Source: Desulfotalea psychrophila LSv54
GTDB lineage: Bacteria; Desulfobacterota; Desulfobulbia; Desulfobulbales; Desulfocapsaceae
Assembly: GCF_000025945.1 (NCBI RefSeq)
Contig: NC_006138.1
Coordinates: 3,491,384 to 3,523,383, forward strand
Length of the DNA: 32,000 bases
Reading direction: 5' to 3'
Shown: in pieces, positions 9,602 to 16,985 of the stretch
How positions within the stretch are numbered: position 1 is the first letter of the stretch
Layout of the letters: every line of letters begins with the position of its first letter
Notes under the pieces: model-generated
What the model was told of the DNA's origin: nothing
Seen by the model: only the letters and a program-made list of their open reading frames with translations
Databases searched by the model: none
Position numbers and translations under genes: made by a program

Positions 9602-10360
9602 TTAGACATTTGCAAAGAGCAGACCGCTGGTGAGCCAGTAATAGATAATATAGCCACCGGCAATCAGCAAAAACAGAGCTGAAATGGTCTGCACATAGGG
9701 AAAGACCCTACGAAAAAATTTCTCCATCGCTCCCTGCTTAAGAACCACCATGCCCATGGTCAAAGAGGCCAGAACAAAAAATACCCCACAGATATAGATA
9801 ATAAACTGGGCAAAGGCCCCAGCCAAATTATCCGTCGCCACAGAGTTCATCACCACGGCAAGAAAAATAGGCAGGGTACAGCTTGTGGAGGCCGCACCAT
9901 AGGCCACCCCAAAGAGATAAAACCCCAGCACCGATATTTTCCGTGGATCACCAATTCTATTGGCTAGCCGCAGCATAAAGGGCAGGGAGACATGTTTTCC
10001 CAGGAGTAACCACAAGCCAAGAAACATTAGAAGAAATCCCACAATCAGGGCTATCCAGGGGGTAAAACTCAACAGATAAGAGCCACCATAGGCAATGGCA
10101 AAGCCCACCACCCCAAACAGAGAGGCAAAGCCCAGGGTAAGGACAAGGGCAACACCTATTGCCCGCAAGATCTTATACAAAAATGATCTTGAGGCATAAT
10201 CATCCTCCGTCGCCCCAATATAGAGAGAAACATATACAGGGAGCATAACAAAACCACAGGGGTTCACCGCCGAAACCATTCCCGCCCCAAAGGCGTAGCC
10301 CACCTGTAAATGTGTAGCAAGAAAAGTTAAGCCCTCACTGGCCAATACCTGCAATCCCAT
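9602..10360 (-). CDS. CcdA/DsbD-family transmembrane thiol-disulfide electron transporter (cytochrome c biogenesis protein transmembrane region)
   Basis: Polytopic membrane protein with the two family-defining Cys motifs in TM helices: VNPCGFVMLP and STSCTLPIF. GGAGG lies 4 nt upstream of the ATG. Confidence 0.8.
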   Translation of the reverse strand: MGLQVLASEGLTFLATHLQVGYAFGAGMVSAVNPCGFVMLPVYVSLYIGATEDDYASRSFLYKILRAIGVALVLTLGFASLFGVVGFAIAYGGSYLLSFTPWIALIVGFLLMFLGLWLLLGKHVSLPFMLRLANRIGDPRKISVLGFYLFGVAYGAASTSCTLPIFLAVVMNSVATDNLAGAFAQFIIYICGVFFVLASLTMGMVVLKQGAMEKFFRRVFPYVQTISALFLLIAGGYIIYYWLTSGLLFANV

Positions 10361-10557
10361 ATCCCCTCCATTTTATATTTAATAACAGATAGTAAGGACA
10401 AAAAAAAACATCCCTGCCCAGAGCATTAACTCTTTGCCCAGAACTCTTTACAGTGGAATAATTACCCCCACTACTGTACTGTGCCATAGAAACACTTCGC
10501 TGTATACGATAAAGCATACAACGCTAATACCCTCTCTATAATGCACGGAGAAAGAAG

Positions 10558-11520
10558 ATGCAAAAAACTCTCGTCCTAGTATTACTTGTCCTACTCTCCT
10601 GCGTCCACAGTAGTTGGGCTGCTCCTCATAAAATTTCAGTAAATCAATTTGTTGAGCATCCATCTCTCGATGCGGTACTACTGGGTTTTCAGGATTATCT
10701 TAAAGAAAATGGGGTTGAAGCAGAGTATTCTGTCCATACCGCCCAGGCCAATATGGGAACAGCTGGACAAATTGCCAAACAGATGCTCGGCGAGGATGCG
10801 GATCTCTTCCTCTCCATCACCACTCCATCTTCCCAGGCCTGCGCCCAGGCCCTCTCCCGCGCCCCCGAAGCTCTGAAAAAGCCACTGCTCTTTACCGCTG
10901 TAACCAACCCGGTAGCAGCCGGACTGGTAAAAGATCTCCAGCATCCCAAAAATAATATCACCGGGGTAGCCGACAAGCTCCCACTTAAAGAACATCTACA
11001 GATGCTTCTTGAGTATGTGCCAAGAGCCAAGAGAATAGGCGTACTCTATAATGCGGGAGAGATAAATTCCAAGGCAACGGTTACAGAACTGAAAAGACTT
11101 GCCGCCAAGATGAATATCAAAATAGTTGAAGCCACTGTCTCCAAGACAGCCGATGTTTATCAGGCAGCCAATAGCCTGGTGGGACGAGTTGATCTGGTCT
11201 TTATCCCTACGGACAACACCATTATTTCCGCCCTCGAATCCGTACTCAAGGTAGGTATCCAAAATCAAATGCCTATCTTTTCCGCCGATGTTGACTCGGT
11301 GAAACGAGGTACCGTTGCGGCCATGGGCTTTGATTATTACAAGCATGGCAGGCAGACAGGTGCCATGGCAGAGCGTATCTTCAAGGGTACAGCCCCCGCA
11401 GATATCCCCGTTGAATTCCAAAAAGACCTGGAACTCTATATCAACCTAACAGCATCGAAAAAAATGGGTCTCACTCCTCCGGAAACACTCATCAAAAAAG
11501 CATCCCATATCATCAAATAA
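10558..11520 (+). CDS. ABC transporter substrate-binding protein (ABC_sub_bind / COG2984 family)
   Basis: Signal peptide, then the VEHPSLDAV ... ITTPSSQA ... FTAVTNPVAAGLV ... NITGV ... IGVLYNAGEINS ... IPTDNT ... pattern typical of the family. GGAGAAAG Shine-Dalgarno. Confidence 0.85.
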   Translation: MQKTLVLVLLVLLSCVHSSWAAPHKISVNQFVEHPSLDAVLLGFQDYLKENGVEAEYSVHTAQANMGTAGQIAKQMLGEDADLFLSITTPSSQACAQALSRAPEALKKPLLFTAVTNPVAAGLVKDLQHPKNNITGVADKLPLKEHLQMLLEYVPRAKRIGVLYNAGEINSKATVTELKRLAAKMNIKIVEATVSKTADVYQAANSLVGRVDLVFIPTDNTIISALESVLKVGIQNQMPIFSADVDSVKRGTVAAMGFDYYKHGRQTGAMAERIFKGTAPADIPVEFQKDLELYINLTASKKMGLTPPETLIKKASHIIK

Positions 11521-11535
11521 TTTTTTGGATCTCTT

Positions 11536-12423
11536 ATGACTTTCTACGCAGCCCTTGGTGCCGTTGAAATAGGCCTTGCCTACGGCATCATGGTCATTGG
11601 TGTATATATCACCTTTCGCATCCTTGATTTTCCTGATCTCACCGTTGACGGTAGCCTCCCCTTGGGGGCTGCCATTTCCGCTGTTGCCATCAGCCATGGC
11701 GTCAATCCATACCTCTCCCTACTCCTGGCCCTCGGGGCAGGATTTCTGGCAGGAATGGTCACGGCAATTCTTAATACCAAGCTGAAGATTCTCCATCTTC
11801 TTGCCTCTATTTTGACCATGATAGCCCTCTATTCAATCAACATTCGTATCATGTCCGGGCCCAACATCGCCCTACTGGGAGCAGATACCGTTTTTGATTT
11901 GCCCACCCGACTGGGTATCCCGGGCCAGTGGGCGGCAACGGCAGTTTTTGCCACCATTGGCCTCATCGCCCTGCTGGCGATTATCTGGTTCATGACAACG
12001 GAGATAGGGCAGGTAACTTTGGCCACCGGCGATAATCCACAGATGATACGTACCCTGGGCGTTGATACCGACAAGGTTATCATCTTCGGCGTTGGTCTCT
12101 CCAATGCCCTGGTGGCCCTCAGTGGTGCTCTGGTCGCCCAAAATCAAGGCGCCGCCGATGTGGGCATGGGCATTGGAACCATCGTGGCCGGTCTTGCCTC
12201 GGTTATCATTGGCGAAACAGTCTTTGGCTGTAACACAATTGCCCGAGCATTTATTGCCGCCCTTCTAGGCTCTATTACCTATCGCCTGGCCATAGCCTTG
12301 GCTTTGGGACTGCATATTGGTGATTTTCACTTTAATCCAAGTGATCTTAACCTAATAACTGCAGTTCTTGTTATCGTTGCCCTTACCGCTCCCTCCATCA
12401 AAAAAGGATTGATACGCCGGTGA
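11536..12423 (+). CDS. ABC transporter permease (COG4120 type)
   Basis: 295-aa polytopic protein starting ...LGAVEIGLAYGIMVIGVYITFRILDFPDLTVDGS, the usual partner of the COG2984 binding protein. Confidence 0.85.
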   Translation: MTFYAALGAVEIGLAYGIMVIGVYITFRILDFPDLTVDGSLPLGAAISAVAISHGVNPYLSLLLALGAGFLAGMVTAILNTKLKILHLLASILTMIALYSINIRIMSGPNIALLGADTVFDLPTRLGIPGQWAATAVFATIGLIALLAIIWFMTTEIGQVTLATGDNPQMIRTLGVDTDKVIIFGVGLSNALVALSGALVAQNQGAADVGMGIGTIVAGLASVIIGETVFGCNTIARAFIAALLGSITYRLAIALALGLHIGDFHFNPSDLNLITAVLVIVALTAPSIKKGLIRR

Positions 12424-13214
12424 TTATTCTAGAAAATTGCATGAAACGATTCCACCAGGGAACGGCAAGCGAAGTGGTGGCCTTAAAGGACATGAGCCTC
12501 CAGATCAAGCTCGGTGAATTTGTTACGGTCATTGGCTCCAATGGCGCGGGCAAATCCAGTCTCCTTAACTGCATCGGTGGCAGCTTCCTTATTGATTCAG
12601 GAAAACTACAGATCTGCGGGCAGAACATGAGCAAGTGGCCGGAATACAAACGGGCCAAATATATCTCTCGCGTCTTCCAAGATCCTATGAAGGGCACCTG
12701 CCCCTCGGCCACCATTGAACAAAACATGGCCCTTGCCCTACGTCGAGGCCTGTCACGAGGGCTAAGCAAGGGAGTAAAGCCAGAGTACCTTGACAGATTC
12801 AGAGAGGCACTCTCCCTGTTAGATCTGGGCTTAGAGAATAGACTCGGTGACCGGGTTGGCCTTCTTTCCGGTGGGCAAAGACAGGCAATGACCATGCTGA
12901 TGGCAACCCTACGCCGACCGGAGGTACTCCTCCTCGATGAACATATTGCCGCCCTTGACCCCAAGACTGCAGCTCAAATCATGTCCATCACCAAAAAAAT
13001 TGTTGAAGAACAACAACTCACCACCCTGATGATTACCCATAATATGAAACATGCCATTGAGTTTGGTGACAGACTCATCATGCTCCACCAGGGCAAGGTG
13101 CTTTTTGATATTCATGGCAAAGATAAGAAGGAACTTACCGTTGAGAAACTTCTCGGTAAATTTTACCAGAGTCAGGGAGAGGAGTTAAACTCAGACTCCC
13201 TGTTGCTTGGCTAG
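12420..13214 (+). CDS. ABC transporter ATP-binding protein (COG1101 type)
   Basis: Walker A GSNGAGKSS, signature LSGGQRQ, Walker B LLLDEH. The GTG start overlaps the permease stop (GTGA). Confidence 0.9.
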   Translation: MIILENCMKRFHQGTASEVVALKDMSLQIKLGEFVTVIGSNGAGKSSLLNCIGGSFLIDSGKLQICGQNMSKWPEYKRAKYISRVFQDPMKGTCPSATIEQNMALALRRGLSRGLSKGVKPEYLDRFREALSLLDLGLENRLGDRVGLLSGGQRQAMTMLMATLRRPEVLLLDEHIAALDPKTAAQIMSITKKIVEEQQLTTLMITHNMKHAIEFGDRLIMLHQGKVLFDIHGKDKKELTVEKLLGKFYQSQGEELNSDSLLLG

Positions 13215-13227
13215 AGGGCAACATAAA

Positions 13228-13908
13228 TCAGACAAGCAAAGAAATAAGCTCCTGAATACCTGCTGTTGCTCGCTTATTAATAAAGTGATAGTCCAAATCG
13301 TGATTAATTTTAGGTTTATGGGGATCCACCAGATATATGGGAGCTCCAGCCTTCACATACTCGGTCAGACTTGCGGCAGGATAAACAGCAAGGGAGGTGC
13401 CTATTATAACAAAAATATCTGCTGTTAAACAGATGTTGACAGCCTCTTCAATGGCAGGGACCGCCTCACCAAACCAGACGATATGTGGCCGTAACTGGCC
13501 ACCATCTTCAGCTCTCTCCTCCAGCCCAACCTGACGATAACCAATATCATAGACAAGGGCAGAATTGGAACAGCTTTCCACCTTAGTCAATTCACCGTGG
13601 AGATGAAGTACCCGAGAACTCCCCGCCCTCTCATGCAGATCATCAACGTTTTGAGTGACAATATGTACTTCGAACCTCTCTTCCAACTGAGCCAGGGCAA
13701 GATGACCGCCGTTTGGCACACTATCACGAAGCTGTACCCTACGCTCATTGTAAAACTGATTGACCAAGCCCTTATCCCGCACCCAACCCTCCGGACTTGC
13801 AACCTCCATTACATCGTAATTCTCCCACAAACCACCAGAATCACGAAAAGTGGCAAAACCACTTTCGGCACTCATCCCAGCACCCGTCAGGACAACAAGT
13901 CGTTTCAT
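13228..13908 (-). CDS. cobB: Sir2-family NAD-dependent protein deacylase (short form lacking the Cys4 zinc site)
   Basis: GAGMSAESGFATFR, TQNVDDLH, catalytic LHLHGEL and LRPHIVWFGE motifs. GGAGAG lies 6 nt upstream of the ATG. Confidence 0.85.
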   Translation of the reverse strand: MKRLVVLTGAGMSAESGFATFRDSGGLWENYDVMEVASPEGWVRDKGLVNQFYNERRVQLRDSVPNGGHLALAQLEERFEVHIVTQNVDDLHERAGSSRVLHLHGELTKVESCSNSALVYDIGYRQVGLEERAEDGGQLRPHIVWFGEAVPAIEEAVNICLTADIFVIIGTSLAVYPAASLTEYVKAGAPIYLVDPHKPKINHDLDYHFINKRATAGIQELISLLV

Positions 13909-13967
13909 ATTTTACTCTCCATTATCAATAATGATATTCTGCCTGATAAAAACTTTACACTTTACCC

Positions 13968-13996
13968 AAAATACCATCTTCCCTCCATCTGTTCAA
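13968..13996 (-). promoter_or_regulatory. candidate sigma-70 promoter for cobB
   Basis: On the minus strand: TTGAAC (13996-13991), 17-nt spacer, TATTTT (13973-13968). By-eye match only. Confidence 0.3.
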
Positions 13997-14010
13997 ACTA
14001 GAAACAAGAA

Positions 14011-14460
14011 AGCTATCAGTTCTCAGCTATCAGCTGTAAGAAAGGGCAAAAAGTTAACCACAGAGATGGGGAGAACACGGAGAAGGATTTTTTAGGTAAA
14101 GGACTGAAAAAAAGATACTAGATGTTAGATACTAGAAAGGACAGAAAAACAGCAGTGAAGTGGGATGGTGAGTGCTTTAATGTATTGATATTGATGGACA
14201 TATTCGAGAATAATGCTATGCCGAAAGTACGATGGGACTAGATCGGAGACGCGATAAATCGACGTCTCTACGGGCTGTGCTTTAGGGGAAATTGGTAAAC
14301 CCCGCCAACCTACCAACAAGAAGAGTAGGCAGTGACAGTTTAAATAATTTCCTCTGTGCTCTCGGTTCCAGTGGTTAACCCTTTTGCTTTTGCTCTTCGT
14401 TTTTGCTTTTTCCTGACAGCTTATAGCTGTTGTTCGCTTACCGCTTTTTCTCGCTTTAAT
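14011..14460. repeat. modular non-coding repeat element, copy B, with long imperfect inverted arms around a core of about 190 bp (MITE-like or IVS-like architecture)
   Basis: The left arm (14011-14139) and the reverse complement of the right arm (14460-14336) carry the same module order: AGCTAT.AG..CTGT.AG, A-rich/(AAAAGC)n, GTTAACCAC (14053-14061 vs 14371-14379 on the other strand), then CACAGAG (14059-14065 vs 14352-14358). The core contains a hairpin at 14246-14268 and a block shared with copy C. Confidence 0.8.
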
Positions 14461-14486
14461 ACGAGTTCTTAACCAAACATCACTAC

Positions 14487-14516
14487 AAAAAAAAACCCCC
14501 TGCAAAGCGAGGGGGT
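14487..14516 (-). terminator. rho-independent terminator of the ZraP-like gene
   Basis: The minus strand reads CCCCCT-cgctttgc-AGGGGG followed by T9. It begins 15 nt after the stop codon. Confidence 0.85.
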
Positions 14517-14530
14517 TTTATAGAAATTTT

Positions 14531-15265
14531 CTAGTTATGTTGGTACATGCCTGGGCCATTTCCCCTCGGCCCATCCCCCATATGACCGCCGCGCTCGAAA
14601 CCATGTCCCCGACGACCTGCCCCCGTCGGACAGCCATATTGAGGACCCGGACCCCTTGAACCACTCACAAAATAGGCGGGAACCCCTGCTTTTTTTGCCT
14701 TGTCCTGAAGAGAGGTACGCAAATCAAAAATATCTCCAGTCACGGCTGCCACCTGAGCAAGATCTGGATTCACCGCTCGCATAAGGGCCCTCTTCTCCCC
14801 CAACTTCATGGCAAGCCCTCTTCTTAACTTCTTATTGGCAGTATTAAAGGCCACTATCTTATCCCGACTTACCTGATCACCCACCTGCGTCTGAGCAACT
14901 ACTGAACCAGGACCATTCAGAAAACGACAGTAGGGAGAATTATTCATCCCAGCCTTAAAGGCCTTATTCTGAATTTTGTTGCGCAAAGTAAAAATTTCGC
15001 CTGAAAGTTTACCGGCAAGAACAGGGTCAGGATTTTGACCTCTATAGAGGGCTCGTTGTTGAGACATTTTGATAGCCATCTTTTTCAAAACTGCCTGATT
15101 ATCTGTCCGGAAACGAAACATATCATCACGATTTACCTGCTGAGAACAAGGAGATGAATTGCCATTTCTCATATGCTTTCCCTCACCCTGCTGCCACCCC
15201 GCTGAAGCCATTCCTGCACCCGCTATACCAAGAAGAAGAACCGCACTCACTATTATTTTTTTCAT
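14531..15265 (-). CDS. periplasmic ZraP/Spy/CpxP-family protein with tandemly duplicated domain and Gly/His-rich C-terminus
   Basis: I prefer the start at 15265 (MKKIIVSAVLLLGIAGAGMASA signal peptide, GGGAG Shine-Dalgarno). It has two 56-aa repeats. The C-terminal GRRGHGFERGGHMGDGPRGNGPGMYQHN resembles the GGGHMGMGNW tail of E. coli ZraP. Confidence 0.75.
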   Translation of the reverse strand: MKKIIVSAVLLLGIAGAGMASAGWQQGEGKHMRNGNSSPCSQQVNRDDMFRFRTDNQAVLKKMAIKMSQQRALYRGQNPDPVLAGKLSGEIFTLRNKIQNKAFKAGMNNSPYCRFLNGPGSVVAQTQVGDQVSRDKIVAFNTANKKLRRGLAMKLGEKRALMRAVNPDLAQVAAVTGDIFDLRTSLQDKAKKAGVPAYFVSGSRGPGPQYGCPTGAGRRGHGFERGGHMGDGPRGNGPGMYQHN

Positions 15266-15327
15266 AGATTTACTCCCAAGAAAATATTTTATCTCACACG
15301 AACATGGTTGATACATATGATTTTAAT

Positions 15328-15343
15328 AGCAACAGGCATGCCA
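15328..15343 (-). promoter_or_regulatory. sigma-54 (RpoN) promoter of the ZraP-like gene
   Basis: The minus strand reads TGGCATGCCTGTTGCT, which matches TGGCAC-N5-TTGCW with correct GG/GC spacing. It lies about 63 nt upstream of the ATG at 15265. E. coli zraP is sigma-54 dependent. Confidence 0.7.
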
Positions 15344-15418
15344 ACAACCAAGCAGATCCTCAAGCTACTGCTTTTACGTCAAAAAGACAGAAAAAGAGCA
15401 CCACTTCGCCTCAAGGTC

Positions 15419-15437
15419 CTGGGTATTTTTTACCCAG
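15419..15437. promoter_or_regulatory. palindrome CTGGGTA-N5-TACCCAG, a candidate enhancer (UAS) site
   Basis: Perfect 7-bp inverted repeat centred about 86 nt from the -24 element of the minus-strand sigma-54 promoter and about 107 nt from that of the plus-strand candidate. Confidence 0.35.
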
Positions 15438-15533
15438 CAGACAAGTTCTATTAGGGAAAATATATCCACCGACACCTCATCCCTGTGGCAAATTCACTGT
15501 GTTTAAAAGGCACATCCCCATCCTTACTCGCCC

Positions 15534-15549
15534 TGGCATAAGAGAAGCA
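15534..15549 (+). promoter_or_regulatory. weaker candidate sigma-54 promoter facing the small membrane ORF
   Basis: TGGCATAAGAGAAGCA has a good -24 element and GC at the correct -12 spacing, but reads AAGCA instead of TTGCA. Confidence 0.3.
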
Positions 15550-15674
15550 AAGAACTCACAGCAAAGCATAAGCATTTGATACAAAAAGATAATTATCATT
15601 ACCAGCAGTCATGGAAAAATTTGGCCTATTTTATGCATTAAAATAAGTTCAACTATCTTTCAAGAAGGAGAATC

Positions 15675-15953
15675 ATGCTCTACTCAAACTCCCAAGACAA
15701 TAGAATCGCTGCTGACAATGACTTTTTTTCAGCATGCTCAATAAGCCTGCGCACGATCATCATCTACACCCTGTCAACGCTCATAAGCCTTACAGTTCTC
15801 AGTTACCGGGCCCTTCTTGGAACTATTCGTCTCACCTTCAAATATTCCACAAGAATAATCTTTTATTCCCTGCTGGCCATTGCCCTTGTTTCAGCAATTT
15901 TGCTACTCTCCAGTATCTATGTCATCACCCTGGGCACCCTCCATTTTCCCTGA
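15675..15953 (+). CDS. hypothetical small membrane protein (92 aa, two hydrophobic segments)
   Basis: Strong AAGGAG Shine-Dalgarno 4 nt upstream of the ATG. Two TM-like stretches: LRTIIIYTLSTLISLTVLSY and IIFYSLLAIALVSAILLLSSIYVITLGTL. No recognisable family. Confidence 0.5.
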   Translation: MLYSNSQDNRIAADNDFFSACSISLRTIIIYTLSTLISLTVLSYRALLGTIRLTFKYSTRIIFYSLLAIALVSAILLLSSIYVITLGTLHFP

Positions 15954-16136
15954 TAGCAGTCCCCCTGTAGCCTGTGCCAATAAACAGGAGACAACAAAAT
16001 GCAACTCAAAGTTCTTTATTGCCGGGCCAATCTGACCCGGCAAGACCAACACTCTCCTCATATTCTATCTCTCTCTTCAGCGCTTAGCAAATAGAGGATC
16101 AGAACATAGCCCTTCTTCTCTCGGCAAAAAATTGTT

Positions 16137-16973
16137 ATGACTTCAGGCATAACTATTCATAAAAAATCACCGACAGACGTCATGCATAAAATAGAAGAAA
16201 AAACTCTCTATCAAAAAACAGGCTACAAACAGCATATCGAGGTACGAGATGACGGCACTACCAGATCACTCTACTTTGAAAAAGATACCCTACAGAGCAG
16301 TATGGATCATGTAGAGCCTCATAAACTCTCCATAAGTTATACCCGCTTCATGCTCCTGCCCCTCCTCCTTCTGAAGCCCAAAAAGGTACTAATTATCGGT
16401 CTTGGGGGAGGTTCTTTCCTCCGCTTCTTTCGGCATTTCCTGCCTGAAGCACATATTGAAGCCGTTGATTTTTCTGCTGAAGTAATCAAGATCGCAAAAG
16501 AATTTTTTCTAATAAATGATGAGGAGCTTCACTGTTGCTGTGGTAAACATTTTTTGGAAGAGACAGAGGAAAAATACGACCTCATACTGGTCGATGCCTT
16601 CGATCAGCAAGGAATGGCAAAGGAGATCTACTGCTCAGAGTTTTTTCGTCTCTGCCACGATCACCTGCAACCAGGAGGAGCCATAAGCTGTAATACCTGG
16701 AGCCAAAACAGATCGATATTGCAGGAGGTGAAAGATGCCCTATCGGACCATTTCAGCGAGGCCATCTATCTGCCCGTTCCTCAGAGAGGAAATATCATCG
16801 CCCTGACATTCAAAAGAGAAATTAAATGGCATCAACTTCATTCACGCTGCCCAAAGGTGCTTGCTGCAAACGAAAAATTCGACATGGATTTTTCGAGCAT
16901 GATCAGCATTGCTCGCAGGGCAAATATATCCCTGTGGAAGCGCCTGATAAGCACACCATGTCTGCACAAATAA
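16137..16973 (+). CDS. spermidine synthase-like (polyamine aminopropyltransferase fold) protein
   Basis: VLIIGLGGGSF (SAM/dcSAM-binding glycine motif), EAVDFS, and YDLILVDAFDQQG..EIY..EFF.....L.PGG, as in the spermidine-synthase family. The start codon is uncertain because no Shine-Dalgarno is seen. Confidence 0.7.
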   Translation: MTSGITIHKKSPTDVMHKIEEKTLYQKTGYKQHIEVRDDGTTRSLYFEKDTLQSSMDHVEPHKLSISYTRFMLLPLLLLKPKKVLIIGLGGGSFLRFFRHFLPEAHIEAVDFSAEVIKIAKEFFLINDEELHCCCGKHFLEETEEKYDLILVDAFDQQGMAKEIYCSEFFRLCHDHLQPGGAISCNTWSQNRSILQEVKDALSDHFSEAIYLPVPQRGNIIALTFKREIKWHQLHSRCPKVLAANEKFDMDFSSMISIARRANISLWKRLISTPCLHK

Positions 16974-16985
16974 GGATATGATACA

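Noticed and set aside
9476-9682. 68-aa ORF overlapping repeat copy A and the 3' end of the CcdA-like gene
   Set aside because: Half of it translates the decamer repeats and the other half is antisense to a good membrane-protein gene. There is no ribosome-binding site.
13597-14001. 134-aa plus-strand ORF
   Set aside because: It is antisense to the well-supported Sir2/cobB gene and has no motifs.
14125-14505. 126-aa minus-strand ORF spanning repeat copy B
   Set aside because: It begins inside the terminator of the upstream gene. Its translation is just the low-complexity repeat modules (AISCQEKAKTKSKSK, NREHRG), and there is no Shine-Dalgarno. It is an artefact of repeat sequence lacking stops.
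15304-15579. 91-aa plus-strand ORF upstream of the ZraP-like gene
   Set aside because: It has no Shine-Dalgarno and overlaps the start of the ZraP-like gene and both sigma-54 promoter candidates. Its composition is not protein-like (Pro/Gln/Thr/Lys-rich, no hydrophobic core pattern).
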